Source: Phoronis australis (taxonomy: Eukaryota > Animalia > Phoronida). From it: a stretch of 64,000 bases of DNA. Each line of letters opens with the position of its first letter. Positions within the stretch are counted from its first letter, which is position 1. The stretch lies in assembly GCA_002633005.1 (NCBI GenBank), contig NMRA01000273.1, positions 439,555 to 503,554 on the forward strand, given 5' to 3'. A program made the translations under genes and the position numbers. The notes under the pieces are model-generated. The model did no database searches. It worked only from the letters and a program-made list of their open reading frames with translations, and was not told where the DNA came from. Shown piece by piece: positions 23,773 through 37,866 of this stretch.

Positions 23773-26190
23773 CCGTAAACGTTCGGGTGAACGCCCTGGG
23801 CGGTTAAACTGGCAAACCCAAAAAATCAGGGGTGGGTGGTTAACCAGACATGGGCGCTTAAACGTGAAATTTCAAGAAATCCAGGGTGGGCGGTTAACCG
23901 AACGTGGGCGCTTATTACGACAGGCAAGCGCCCTGGGCGGTTAATCTTACCTCGTGATCTAAGTCCCCACACCACACACGCACTCGGAACGCGTAGCACT
24001 TTTCAAAGAGCGTTATCATCACGTCGCCACATAACGGGGAAAATGTCATAACAGCGGATGATCCCAACAAAGGTTCTCTTGCCCTCAAATTACTTACAGA
24101 ATTGCTGAGAAATAGCCCCGTGCCGTCCTGCGGTCTTGTTACTTTGCCCTGCGCAGCACAGACGACCAACCATGCAGCCTCTACTTGGATTGCAACTATT
24201 TCAACATGTGACATTGCTAAAGTGCGCGCGTGCAAGCTTCAGGTGTTGCAGAGGTCACAGCAGACATCAAATTTACGGTTAGTCTCATACTAGCTGCCCA
24301 GTTCTGATCAGAGAGCAGTTTTAAAATTAGTTGTAATAAAAGTTTGAAAAACTTAATTCAGATGTTTTTTGTGTTTGGGATGTCAACACTCCGTGACTCA
24401 ATGACATTTTCAGCGTATGGTTCTGTGGCTTGCTGTTTTATCTCGACTGCCCGGCATTGCTCACTTGCCGTTGCGCCAAACATGCTCGGCAAAGAAGTAG
24501 GCCTAAGACAAGAATCGGGGTGAGCCACTCGTCAATCAACAATAAAATTTCGAGCCACGGAATAAATATGTGATAAAACGCCACAAAACAGCGATGCTTC
24601 AATTCATTCTTAAACGATCACCTTACCAAACTTCGTGATGGAAAAACATTTAATATTTTTCATGCAGGATGTCCAGATTATCCTATTTATACCACTTGCA
24701 AAATCGCACTGCGGCACTGTTCGGTCAGGCTGTTAGCGCGCAATGTCTCAGTCAGCTGACAATCGTGTCAGTCGGCTGACAATCGTGATTTATAAATGCC
24801 GTCAAGTAATATAACGGCCCCTTTCAATATATGCACCTCGTTTTTTATGGCAAAAGATAGCGGCGGGATTCAGCACGCACGTAGGGCCTACGTGTGAGTC
24901 ACCTGTCAATCACATGTTGGTGTCAAGGTAACATGCACTCCAAAGTGTGGGAACTTGCGCATGTGCACTACTACAAAGTCGCCAAAGAGAATAGCGACAG
25001 TCCTACGTATCAAAAACGGGCGCGACTATGTACTTTTAAGCTGTTGCTACAAAAGACCCAATTCTTTACGATGTTCCACCATTGCCAATGTTCCCCAAAA
25101 CTGCGATGTCAAGTCAATTCCGATATTTCCCGGCTCGATGTTCCCTAAGCCCATGCCCGTAGCTAGCTATGTGCATCTCCTACCCACTATCGCCAATTTT
25201 CAGTCAGTCTACGTCGTAGATATTTCAGACTCGAATGGTAAGAATTTTTGTTCAGGCTGAAACTGGCCAAACAAAATTATTCTGGATGGCTAAAAAGGGG
25301 ATGTGGAAATGATAATTCACACAGTCACGCTTACGTGGGGGCTGACGTAAGTAATAGTAAACAGCCAGCGACATTAGTTAAATCTGCTAACGCCAGTTTG
25401 ACTGAGATGCAATACGCGAAAAACAAAATTTGACTAGCAGTTTTTCATTACCTCAAGATCATACACAAACATACATTATTGTCAACCTTTGAATTCAGAA
25501 ATCGATAGGCAGCAATGAAATCGGTAACCCAGTAAGGCACTTGTACTGTCCATTCGGTCGCCACACATCCTCTATAACCCGGCAGTTACATTCATCAAAA
25601 TATTGAGAATTTGACATTTTTCCGTGAGTTGTGAGATTTGTTCAAAATACGAGAGTTTCCCACCTTAATAGAATTTGGAGGGTTGGCAAAACCATTGTCA
25701 CATTTCTCTGGCCTGATTTTTTCGAATATCTGTTTTATCTTGTGCACTACAGATGGAAACTCAGCGCGGCAGACAAAGTCGCTGAAAGCGGAGGTTTTGA
25801 CGCAAACATGGGAAGAAAATAAAGTGACAAAAATGTTCAAGTATTACATTTTGAAGTGAGTCCATGACCCAAAACAATAACTCGTTACTTGAATTGTAAT
25901 TCACATTGCTAAACCACCGTCTCGGAAGCCCGGCGTCGTTGCGCTCTTTGTGATCATCGATCTTTTTGTAAAAGTCGGGAAATCGCATGTTTCCTTAGCA
26001 CTGGGCACTAAATCTTCATTCTTTAAAAGTCGGGGATGGGTGCTTAACCGAGAGGTGAGCGCTTAACTGGAAATCTTCAAAAATCGCAGGGGGGGCGCTT
26101 AACCGGGCAGTGGGCGGTTAAATCGAAAATCCACCTAAAGTAGGGGGTGGGCGGTTAACTGAGCGTGGGCGTTAACCCGAACGTTTACGG
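23773..26190 (+). mobile_element. Tc2/pogo-like non-autonomous element, copy 2; complete, 2418 bp
   Basis: TA|CCGTAAACGTTCGGGTGAACGCCC ... GGGCGTTAACCCGAACGTTTACGG|TA, a 24-bp TIR with 1 mismatch and a TA TSD. Repeated subterminal GGGCG(C/G)TTAA motifs. No transposase ORF. Confidence 0.93.
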
Positions 26191-27587
26191 TATATACGGG
26201 CGATTTGCTGCCATTCCACATGGTTTGGATGTCAGCCATTGTTTATGGAAGTAGTCCTCGTGTAAGTGACTCTGCTGATACAGTTTGCGATCAAATGTCG
26301 TGTAAATGCGACTTAAGTGGAGCAAGTAACACTGTGACAGCTGTCACCCCCCTGTAAAACAGCTCTAGACCTTCAAGAACCCCCATTGTTCAATTACGTA
26401 GGAAATCTTTATCTGCCATTATCAGGCCTTTTTCATTTTCTATGCTTTTAGCAGTTTAGAAATTTGGTGAGATGATCGATTTGCATGAATTTTTGTAAAC
26501 TTATTTTATGGTCTATGGCCAAGGGAACTGTGCATCAGTTTTCATTTAATTCAAACAATGGAGAAATTGACCATGAAAAGAGCAGACTTCAGTCGTCACT
26601 TATAAGACTTTGATGGCCGATATCTTTGTTGGTTGAGGGTAAATAAAGATCTGATACATAGTTCCTAGCATACAGCTGGTAACAATGTATTGATCAAACA
26701 CAAATTCGCCAGTAGTTAAGTTTTATGTAAATTCATGTCCTATGTAAAAGGTGTGTTTTAACAAAAACGAACTCATGTGATAATAAACAATTTTGCAGCA
26801 TTTTAAGGTATAAGTCCAGATTTTTCTGTCATCGTGTATTCAGAAAATAAAGTAGTTTTCTTGACTAAAAGTTGATGGTTAATAAATTATGAAGGAATGT
26901 ATAAGCACTTCACAAAGGTTGACCAAAACCTTATATGTGTATTGGGTGCATTTAATTCTTTCTCAAACAGATGACAAACCAAGGCAAAGGCATTGTGGGA
27001 TACTGCCAATAGTCAATACAGGGCCAATCATCTAAAAATAACTTCATCAAAACAAGACCTTTGTTATCTACACATATATTTGTGCAGTTGGCCTCAGGAC
27101 AGGATTACTCTCCATAGGGCATAACATATAATAGAACAGCATGAACCATTCCCAAGTGTTATGGAGTACTGCAACACACTTTCAAAACAGGTCAATTCAC
27201 TCTTTACTGTCATTCAACTAAGTATTAGGTCACTGGGCCACAAAACTACAGCATCTTCGATCAAGCTGTATCGGTGAAACATATATCAAAAGATTTTCTT
27301 TTAAAATATTCTAAAATCTAACTGTACACCAACACAGAATTTACAGAGTTCATAAAAGTTATCAGTTATATATCAGCCAACAGCTAAAAGTCGTTACCTT
27401 TTAAAAGTATTTTGAATTTGCTTTCTGCAGGGACTATGAAACACAGTGTGATAATCCCAGCTTTCAAATGCTTGTCAGTGGCACGATATGACAAACAAAT
27501 CAGATCTGTTCTAAAAAATTCAACAAAATAAAAAAAATGAAAACGCTCGGAGGAACGACAGTTGGTAAAATTGACTGAACAGACGAC

Positions 27588-27658
27588 AATGGAGATGATG
27601 ATAACAGTGATGATGACGATGACAGTGGCAATGATGAACATGATGATAATAATCATGA
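27588..27658. repeat. Degenerate (GAT/AAT/GAC)n trinucleotide low-complexity tract
   Basis: atggagatgatgataacagtgatgatgacgatgacagtggcaatgatgaacatgatgataataatcatga. Confidence 0.75.
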
Positions 27659-27699
27659 CAAATGAAGATGTCAGAAATAAGTAAGAAATAAGCTATAGT

Positions 27700-28255
27700 C
27701 TTGTTCAATAGAAGGTAAACCAACAAAAATTGCAGCAAAATCAGTCAACAAAGGAACAGCGTCATCAAGAAATCTCCAATAATTTGAAAAGTGTACGTCG
27801 TAGCGAAAAACGGAAAACATCTTCTGAAAGCCCGTTAATAACTCTACCTTACGATATAGTTTCACAAAATTCCACGAACATTTCGAAAAATTAAAAATTT
27901 TGCACTTTTTGAAATTCAAAGTCAAATAATTCAAAAACGGTAAGTCTGAGAAAAAATTGTTATCGATTTGTGGCACATCTTCAGCACACTTCATACCCAT
28001 TTTCAGTCGTGCAGGTAAAAAATTATGGCCTCTGAGCATTTGAATCCGACATCCAAAGCAAAATGGCCGCCAAGTCCTCCATCTTGGACCCGATCATGAC
28101 GAAAAACAATAGGCTTCCAGCTCTTTTAGAACTACAAGTTGTGTATCAATTTCATAAGGATCAGACAAAAATTGTGACCTGTATCATACGAACAAACAAA
28201 AAACTTAGTGTCAAAGCAACATACTTGGCGAAATTTCATTTCACAAAGTAATAAT
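27700..28255. repeat. Dispersed repeat with caaaatggccgcc...catcttg motifs and a terminal hairpin (possibly Helentron/HINE-like)
   Basis: Shares blocks with 31340-32150: aagaacag..atc.., gtcgtRgcgaaaaacRg, aaaatggcYgcc and aaaaacaataggc. Ends in an imperfect hairpin tacttggcgaaatttcatttcacaaagta (28222-28250). Class is inferred and boundaries are approximate. Confidence 0.4.
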
Positions 28256-28358
28256 CCTTTAATGGAATGGAGATTTATTTGCTCAGTTTCAGAAACATTA
28301 CCATTTCTATGTGAGTGCACAGGTAAAAAAGTAAATGATGGTATGAAGGTCACAATAC

Positions 28359-28624
28359 CTTTTATCCATGACACACTGGCACTGGGTACTCCAAGAATGT
28401 GGCACTCCAGCAGGGACGAGCCACCTGCGACGATAGTTTGATTCTGAGGACCAGCAAAAATCTGACGAGGTAGAGAGGTCTCGGCTGTCAAGGTCAGACT
28501 GGCCAGCCGACTGAACTTGAGTGGACTGCCACCAGCGGAGTTGCTGGCTACACATCTGTAATTGCCGATGTCGGCACGGCGAACATCGACTATTTCTAGT
28601 ACACCTGAGGCATATGACTTGTAC
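28359..28624 (-). CDS. PRTG: Protogenin-like exon, Ig2 C-half plus Ig3 N-half
   Basis: Acceptor ttattccag|G and donor G|gtattg. Length 266 nt, phase 2-1. Translates YKSYASGVLEIVDVRRADIGNYRCVASNSAGGSPLKFSRLASLTLTAETSLPRQIFAGPQNQTIVAGGSSLLECHILGVPSASVSWIK. Confidence 0.9.
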
Positions 28625-29064
28625 CTGGAATAACATACAATCCGTATGGTAGTTTATAAACAGCCACAAATTGACCACATGGAACTGCATGTGGCCTCAC
28701 ACAGAATGAAGACTCAGTTGCTAGCATCTCACATAGAACTCTTTACAGAGTGAGAGAAGGACAGCAACATACACTTGATTCAATCTATCATTCTGCCAAA
28801 TATCCACCCATTACCCACCACAGCTCCAGACATACTTGTTTTCTAAAAATGGCGTTTTTGAGTTAAGATATTTTTTTATCGCTCACAACGTTTGCTTTGT
28901 TGTGAATTGAAATACTTATCTCCCATGCCACATGCGATATGAAGTCATTCTTTGGCGAGGATTTATTGAGCTATTTTAAAAGTCCAAATATAGTTTTCGA
29001 TATTTTAGTGGCAGCAGTGTTCAAAAATATATTTCTAAGGTTAGCTATTCATGTAGTGGACATC

Positions 29065-29150
29065 CTTCTTATGTATGTGACAATTCTTCTTATGTATGTG
29101 ACAATTCTTCTTATGTATGTGACAATTCTTCTTATGTATGTGACAATTCT
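29065..29150. repeat. Minisatellite, 21-bp unit x4
   Basis: cttcttatgtatgtgacaatt is repeated four times perfectly. Confidence 0.95.
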
Positions 29151-29355
29151 GCCATGTCACTCAACATAAATTCTGTGCACTGTTTAAACTCAAACCTGTG
29201 TACTCTACTCACACCCACACCTGTTATCACTAGCAATTCATTATTGTAAATGTAATAACTTAGGTGGAAAAGCCCTCAATCAATTTTAATACTTATTGCT
29301 TAACTGATCTAAAATTTTACCTACATTCAGACCACAGACTGGTAAGTCAGAATCA

Positions 29356-29435
29356 GATGCAATGCGATGCAATGCGATGCAATGCGAAGCAATGCGATGC
29401 AATGCGATGCGATGCGATACGATGCGATGCAATAC
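29356..29435. repeat. (GATGC/AATGC)n pentanucleotide microsatellite
   Basis: gatgcaatgcgatgcaatgc... about 16 pentamers. Confidence 0.92.
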
Positions 29436-29510
29436 AAACTGAAGCAAAGCTTTCTTTTTGCTAATCTTAGCCCTAATAAACATGTTGATCGCATGACTAC
29501 TCCAACTAAC

Positions 29511-29655
29511 CTGCCAGAGTTGTGTACGAGAATACCATCATGTTCCCAAGTGTAGATGGCGCGAGGAAGTGAGACGATGGAACACTTAAAGAAGGCATTC
29601 GAAGAGACAGGGACCCGTATGTTCTTCGGCTGATGCGTGAACTGTTTAGCAATAT
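29511..29655 (-). CDS. PRTG: Protogenin-like exon, Ig2 N-half
   Basis: Acceptor tttcag|AT and donor AG|gttagt. Length 145 nt, phase 1-2. Translates (Y)IAKQFTHQPKNIRVPVSSNAFFKCSIVSLPRAIYTWEHDGILVHNSG(R). Frame-compatible with both neighbouring exons. Confidence 0.88.
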
Positions 29656-30764
29656 CTGAAATAAAACAGCGGCAAGTAATAATAGCTTGTTTAAACGAGT
29701 TTTTAAAATCAATGCAGGCACACAATTGTACATTTTTCCCAGTCACAGCTGCAACCTAAAGACTGTCATCACATTCTGGTCAAAACCAGTCTGGATTTGT
29801 TGTAATGGTGAAAAGAATTGGCAGAAATTCAATCAATCAATAAATAACTAGTTAATATTCTTGGCTTAAAATTTGCTGATTTTCAAGGAAAAGATTTCTT
29901 GAAAATTACAGAAGGCAGCAAACCTTCCGTTGTAAACCAAAACAGCAGCAAGTATCGACACACAGGACAGTAATGTATATCTATATGGATGATGTCATAT
30001 TTAGTTGCACTTCCCTCTGACTTAAAGTTTGAACGTGAAATCGCGAAATAAGCTAATTGTGCCCATCAAACTGGCCACGAAAACATACGTTTCAAGATTT
30101 ATTTAAATTCAAAAAACAACCTACGATTGAATTGAAGCAGTCACATGTCGAAAGAGCTGTCCAGTTGCTTTTTCTGAACATACTTTAATAGAAATTAAGT
30201 TCTGTTGTCCGTTAATCACGAAATGAAAGAGACCCATTCGCCTCCTGGCTATCATGACTTATAACAGAATGTACTTTCCTCAACAAGCCATTGTGATATT
30301 CAATTCTTGACGATAATCAGAATACTGTGGCTGTGACAATTTTGACTATAAAACATTATCGGTGATAAGTACACCAGTATTAGTACATGTTTAAACGAAC
30401 ATTAATGAAAAATTTACACGATCCAAAATTTAAATAACATTAAGTGACACGGAAGTGGAGCAGGACACAGGCTTTAAAACAAATTGATGGAAACTAAGCG
30501 TAAGAATTAGCGAGTATATTATCATTGGATTGCCATAAAACAACTATTACTGGAATGTAGCAAAAGTATTAATGGCATTACAGTGCTTACGAAATCGTTT
30601 GAAGATGACCTGTTGGGGATTGCAGGACACCAAGGGAATAGTGAGAGAAGAACGCTCTTAACTGACATGCTTCTCACTACAGCTGAACTTAAAAGAGACC
30701 GCCACAGTTTATGAAGAACTTAGAACGGAAAGTCATAACGAGACATGGATGACACACTCCACAC

Positions 30765-31249
30765 CAGGCCTTTATCCAGGATTTCGAAAATAGGGTGTCC
30801 AGAATGGGGTTCCCAATATTCCAGGGCGTCCATAATTCCGACGCGTAACCTCCCACCCCCAGCAGTCCCCCAAACACAGATTTTTTTTTAAAAATGCACA
30901 GACCAAGGTTTTTACATCTAAGTTCACAAAACAGCCTTCTGTAGTGAGCATTTTTAATAAAAATTGGTGTAGACCAAGACTTTTACAATGCTATCAACCA
31001 AGTATGAGCATAGCAACATTGTTTATAATTTGTATATACATTGTATATTTCTTCCTGCTTTGAAAAAAAAGCCCCCACTGTGAGCCTTCAGAGTCTTTCT
31101 AGTAATCATTACAATGTGTGTGTCCGAACTTGAAAGGTTCCTATTGACAGTGGGCCTCCAAATAATACACTGGGCGTCCTTGCCAGGGCATCCATATTAG
31201 TACTAGGGCTCCATTTGGACGCCCAGGACGTACGCTGCATAAAGGCCTG
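30765..31249. mobile_element. Non-autonomous hAT-like DNA transposon (family A, copy 2; 485 bp; inverted relative to copy 1)
   Basis: TIR CAGGCCTTTATCCAG / CTGCATAAAGGCCTG. Perfect 8-bp TSD CTCCACAC (30757-30764, 31250-31257). Confidence 0.92.
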
Positions 31250-31339
31250 CTCCACACACAGGCCTTGATGAGATTTATCTCAATACTGAGCTTCAGAATG
31301 GCTAGCAAATGATTAAATAAAAAATTACCGTCAGTGCCA

Positions 31340-32155
31340 CCTTTTGTGATTTCGCTCCAAAACAGTAGGCCTCGAAATTTTCATGAAGTACCTTGTGTTT
31401 AAATTTCATGACAATTAAGACAAAAAATACAACCTGTATGATACACCAACAACAGGACAGCAAGAACAGTCATCATAACAATAAATCTTGAATAACTAAA
31501 AAACGATAAGTCGTGGCGAAAAACAGATGGCATGCACAAGATAGCTCTTGTGGAGATCTATCTACATACTAAATTTCAGAATCATGCTATAGATCGCAGA
31601 ATTTGAGCTTCTCAAAATGGCCGCCAGCACCATCTTGCATCCTACTACACCCTAAAATCATAAATATTCGTCTTTTCATGAGATTAATGCTGATAAAGCA
31701 ACAGGAGTGCAGCAAGGTATCAGTCAATAAAAGAACAGCCATCAGATCAGTAAATCTCGAGTAACTCGAGAACGTGACGCCCAAGCTACAACACAAGAAA
31801 TCAATCAATATGACTTAAGAACGCTTAGTGAGAAAGGGTTGGCAAATTCCCAGAAGTCCTTGACAAGATCTATCAACATACCATATTAAATTTCAGAATC
31901 CCACACAGGACCACTAGCCAGAGCTCCAAAAAATGAAAATTTGAAAAATGGCTGCCACAGCCCCATATTTGGTCCAAATTTGTCAAAAAACAATAGGCCT
32001 CAAGCGTTTCACAATATAAGAGTTCATCCACTGTTAAATTAGAATATTCGCGATTTTTGTAGACTATGAATTTTCTGTTTTGTAATACTAAAAAATTTCT
32101 GTCTTTTAGGCATCCGACACAAGTCTTAACATTCGTTTTCCTCCGGCGACATAAG
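31340..32155. repeat. Dispersed repeat related to 27700-28255, with internal degenerate ~280-300-bp repetition
   Basis: Recurrent blocks agatctatctacatactaaatttcagaatc (~31555) and agatctatcaacataccatattaaatttcagaatc (~31866), plus aaaatggcYgcc and aaaacaRtaggcctc. Boundaries approximate. Confidence 0.45.
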
Positions 32156-35100
32156 TGATACTAAATTCAATACATGTGAGCCTGAAAGCTTGCCGAAGAT
32201 GACATCTCGACATTAAAAATGTTATGAATTCGTAAATTCACTTTTTTAGCCATTGCAACAACAAAGATGAAAAAGGATGTACACATTCATGCGACCAGTG
32301 CAGATGGGTGATATCCTCAGGTTCTTTTTCACAAGATGCACACTTGGGAATCTATGATTCCAATTTTACCTAAAGTATTAGTATTTAAAAGTCTCCATGT
32401 CTAACGGATTTGAAACCATTTCAATTTTAAATAAATACTAAAATTCATAGAGTAAATATGGGCTTTATTCCACAATTCATCAGCAAGCAGAGAATCAACC
32501 ACCAATTCCCATAAATTTGTCTTCTTGGAGAAGAAGTTGAGAACAATTCAGTGAGAAAACTAAGATTTTTCTTAAGTCTAAAAATTTGGTGAGTGGTGGA
32601 GACAAACCATGTGTAGCACAAGTCATTAATTTACCACTTGTGTCTAAATTATTGCAGATAAATGCAACGTTTTTCTTAAACCACCTTCAACAGTATAATT
32701 TTTTTTTTACCAGCAAAAGAAAAGAATTGTACCAGAGTGACTGGTACGGAATATTCTCTTACCACACACGCAATTTACCTAAAAATCCGTTAAGATTACA
32801 AAACATTTCTTTACAAAACAAAATGGCCACTTCCTTGGATCAGATCTGATAAAAGACATTGCCAAAACAAATAATTACAATGGGCTATGAAATCAGCATT
32901 TTGAGACAAACTATTCAACCACAAGTCACCATAAGATACATGGGCGTCGCAGCACCGAAATCCCCGGCCCCCTACGGTGCGCGGCCAATGCGATAAGGTT
33001 ACCTTGCACAACCAAGAAACTTTTATCAATTAAATAAATGAATAAATATGTATCATCTTGCAAACTCTGAGAGCAAAGTTTTGAATTAAAATGTTTCAAC
33101 AGATTTTATCTACTTTATCAACCAGCACCAAGTTGTAAAACAGTTTTCTTATAACTTTTTAAGCACCTCATGTGGTAGGACAACAAATAAGTGAACAAGT
33201 TTAGAGAGGATAGCTTACCTAATTAGTGTTACTTTCCTCAGGGAAGTTAAGGCTCTTTTGGACCATACATCAGCCGAGACTGCTTTGAATTTCTATGATT
33301 TTGTCTTCATAATTAGGGTGATCATTTAAGACAACTCAATACCAAACTTCAATGCCATATGTAAAATAGTGTTTCTTCTTTCAAGTCAGATTTCTCCCAG
33401 GGCATCTTTATTGATGATAGCATGTCCTTAAGGTTATCTAAAACATGATTTAGTGACCTTCATTCCAACTCATATATCAAAAAACAGGCTATGTCAACTA
33501 GTACAAGTATGCATTTTCTGAAAGAAAAAAAATCAGAGAATTACAAAAATGTTTATTGATGTTCCTTTAGTATTATGTTAACTTCTTTTCTTAAGTCAAA
33601 ATTTCATTTTTAAGAAAGGTATATCCATAGCAAAATAACCCCTTGGTAAATTTTAATGAAACCCTTTTTAAATGAAGTCTTTACAATTTACCTCAAAAAA
33701 GCTAAAATTTTTGATTACTCATTTAATTTCATTTCAATGCCAAATTAACTCGCAAAACTTAAGGCATTTTCATAAAAAATAGCAGTCGTATTCTTCTATC
33801 TTACAGAGTGCAAAAGCAAGGTGTTTAAAAGGAAAATCCAAACAGTGTTTTTGAGATTCATGAATAAATATTAAAACTGGAAAGTTTCAGTGAAATTCAC
33901 CGAGCTGCTTTCAAGAACTCGTGTTCCTAAGTTCAAATTAAGTCGCTTAGCCGAAGCCAAGAAAAACTGGAATACATGGAGAGTCTCAAAATCTGACAGT
34001 TACCGCTTGAATATTTGGTGAAAACTTGTTTTGGTCAAAATAACTTATACATGCCTTAACCATGTTCGAATTTACTCGCAATGTCAACTGAATTTTCAGG
34101 GTGTAATTAACATAATTATCATTAAACCGTTTTAATTTTGTGAATGTTTCTCAACTCAAGCTATGTCGAGGTGGAGTCAACTGTTGATCTACTTAAAATT
34201 AGGTCAACAGTTTATTGTTATACACACCACACGCTGGGAGACTGATATGAAACCAAGTACGAAATGGACAACTGAAATCCGAATCATGAGATCGAAACAG
34301 CGAAATGTCAAATTACCGAATTTTTTCGGATAGGATTTATCTCTTTTCACAACTTGCTGTGTTTGTTAACACAGTCACACAGGTGTATAGCATTTCTTCT
34401 CAATGGTCATGTGCAGGCGGACGTAAAACTCCCTCAGGATCAAAACTACCTTATGTCTGTTTTCCTCAGCATCTTTCTATCCCATGTACACCTCGTTGGC
34501 TCAATATTATGGCAAATCGGTGGTTGAAAGGACTGAGGGTACATACAGAACTGCTCTGTGCCTAGCAGAACAATGATTAGAGTGACAGAACTATAACCTT
34601 TGACCTCAGATAAGTAATAAACAAATTTCCAAGTTGGTTGTGTGGTTCCAAGGTGGTTCTGCTAAATCTTTTTTTCTCGCTACATGATATATATTTGAAG
34701 TTCCCTGAGAATGAATATAAGGTATTTTGCTGGACACGTGTAAAACTATAAAAACAGCCAATTTATTTGAGTAAGGTTTGAGATATCCTAAAGTGATCCA
34801 GATTAAAAATTCAATACTGTCAGTGTTCACCCTATATTTCTTATCGCTGGGGTTCACCGGGGGCAAATTCCATAATTCTGTGAACGTTTGTTGCTATTTC
34901 TTGGAGTAAAAAACAAACAGTCAAACATCCATAACAGTAACTTACAAGGGTCCCCACATTTTGAGAACCAGTTTTCTCCACTGAATAATGGGCATCAAAC
35001 TGGCCAACCATAGGCTAACTGCAGACAGGTGACAAAAACAATACGGAGTACCTAGGGAAAATACTTAACACAAGACTGTGAAAAATAAAACAAATTTATA

Positions 35101-37866
35101 CTTCAATCATCTCTAACGATATGTAAAACCAAATACACTGAAGAAAACCTAAATTGTCAAATTTTAGAAACCGAATAAATTTTTTATACCTGAAAATAGC
35201 CAGGCTCACCTATCCATTTCGTGATATTTGAATTTTCCAAGTGTAATGCACTAGCTATAAAAATAAACAATTCAAATAATTGTCTCCACCATAATAAATT
35301 GTTGCACTTGACAATAAATACAAGCACAACAGTTTGCACTGGTCCTAAACAGTGTTCCTTGGCTGAGAATCTTTAGAGCGAACATATTGATGTTGCAAGA
35401 CTCCACACACAGATGGTAATTCCTTCATCACCAGTAGCATAGAAAAGTTGGTTATTTATCTAAGTCTTGGTACTAACTTGCTTGCAAAGTTGCAACAAAA
35501 GCTGTAATCTTGCTAACCGTTACATAACCGCTCCTTCACAAAGAAAAACATGAGATAATAGAGAAGTGGGAATACCAATAGAATGTAATTAAAAGACTAT
35601 TGACTGGATAAGGACTGAGCCCAGAATGGCAGGAACTTTCACAGGGCTCCATGCATGGCATAACGGCAACTGACCACATGCGAACTGGCATAATTCACAG
35701 GTCCCCCCACATGGGAATTGAAATCATCTGACTCCATTGGCAACAGCCAAAATCGAAATAAGTGAGATATATGAAAAGTTGGTGAATGTCCGGCAGATTT
35801 AACATCAAAGATCATCATTAAAATGCACTGTGAAATGTTCAATCCGATGCCTTCAGAACTATGACTGTCAATAACACCCTGTGTTGTGACGTTATTTTGA
35901 TGCAATTTTATTCAAATGTTTACTAGTCTACAATGAAAGCACTTCATTACATACACACAGTACATACACACAATTCTTCATATTCAATAAAATAATGTCT
36001 GGGTAACATTTTCACAAGGCCATCTGGCAAAGACTTTGATAACCCAAGCTGAACTTCGGTGTCCATTAACTACCGAAACCAGTCTCAAAGATTAAACTAA
36101 CTTCCCTTTTTTAACAAAACAAAGCTTGTAGTCTTGTGTCACAGTTAAGTTGCTCTGAAAGCGCCCGCCCGTGGACTACATACATTTTATACAGCACTCA
36201 GGTGAGATGATCTCACTGGCTGGTATCCACCATATTTTAGCAATTCTGTCACGTGGGATGGAGAGCATATTCAGTCTCAAGACAATGCACAGAACAGTGG
36301 CTACAATGCAAAATTCATAATGAACCAGACTTGCTTCAGGCGAACTTTGACAGTTGAATATCATAGGTGGCCAATGACGCAACTGTCCAGGCAACTAGTG
36401 CACTCTCAAAGGCATTTCACACCAAATCTCATGGGTTACGGCGACCATATTAAAAGAAGTGGACTCTTACCAGTTGGGACTACAACTGTAGTAACATGTA
36501 CCAAGATGTCTGATCTGCCTCAACAAATTGAAGGACATTTTCCAGGGAGCCCTTAAGGCAAGCACATTTGTTTCACAAAGTAACACACAGGATTGGTTTG
36601 TGGGGTATTAGGGACATGCTGCCACCTGCAGCAGAGTCTCTTTCAGTTATCATCTCTGGTGAAGAATTGGACTTCTCAGGTATGAGGGGTGAAAGTGGTA
36701 TTGTCTCGGATGCCTTTTTTCCTGGTTTTCCAGTAGTCTCTCATCACTATTTTGTGCACTAACAAGTGCCAGAAGTGAAATTCAGAAGGTATGGTCATTT
36801 TAAAATTCTAAAAAGTTACTATGAGTTTTTACAGATTTTTTTCGCAACCTTTCAGCAAAATTTTTATTCCTGTGAACAAAAGCTAAGAATTCTGCAATGT
36901 TCGCGCTGTTATACGATAAACTTTCAAAATCCTGGAAAAAATATAGAAGAAAGACCCGTGTGAACAAACCTTACATCTCTTTTTAAGAGAACTGTATTGT
37001 ACAAACCATGCTAAGATGTCTAATTTTTTTTTTGTACATTTTACCATATTGTGTGCTAAATTAACGAGTGCTAACCATACTAGCACTCGATACAGATAAA
37101 AATAACATAACCAAAATACAAATTTTCCATACTCGTTTTACTGTTTGTACTGACAAGCAGTACAAACAATCAACATTTCAGACAAGGGGAAAGATTGTCT
37201 TGGAAATTTAAATGACTTTTTCAAGGATAAAGATAAGGTAACAACCAATCTCGAGAAATGGATGGTACAAATCTTGTATCCTATCAAAAGCCAACCCAAA
37301 TATGAACCACATTGGCTCTTGGTGTAAAATAATGACCTGACAGATGTTCGCAAATGACTGCACAATTGGCACTAACTGTGCTTGTGACAAAAGAGGCAAT
37401 GTATCAAGAGCACTGATGACAAATGACTGAAATTTTAATTTGATTCAATTTTTAACTAGTCAAATCTAGTCACTCGAATCGAACTTTTTCAGAAATTGAT
37501 TATAGGTAATTGTAAACCTTTCCGATTCGAGGCTTGATTCTGAATCGGCTTTGAGAGACGTCACTGAGCAATGAGCATTGGCAAAGATGCTCGCTAAGAT
37601 AGGCAGGTGTGATACGGGACTCAACAGACGGCAGCATTCTGATGAGACTGGATCAAAACCCGAATGTTCGTCTCCCTAGCGGACAACAGCTGAAGCTGTC
37701 CTCTGCTATCAGACGAACCTGAGGAGATTTCGCCTCACTTAGGCGTCTAATTTTAGCAATATTAAACGATCATTTGAGTGTGGCTAAGGAGACTTCTCTT
37801 CATTAATCTGAATGTTTAAGTTTTTACTGAGGTCACAGAATCGATTCCACTGTCTTGGAATTAATT

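Noticed and set aside
24840-26000. Short ORFs inside the complete CCGTA element as a possible transposase or cargo
   Set aside because: No DDE, HTH or HIRAN motifs were recognisable in the frames examined.
27384-27656. Hydrophobic Ile-rich ORF resembling a membrane protein
   Set aside because: It is the translation of the (ATC)n-like low-complexity tract.
37635-37755. Hammerhead-ribozyme-like words (CTGATGA; a GCCT/AGGC stem followed by GAAA on the minus strand); also CTGATGA plus a hairpin at ~44768
   Set aside because: The CUGANGA and GAAA core elements never flank the same stem correctly, so the catalytic core is incomplete.
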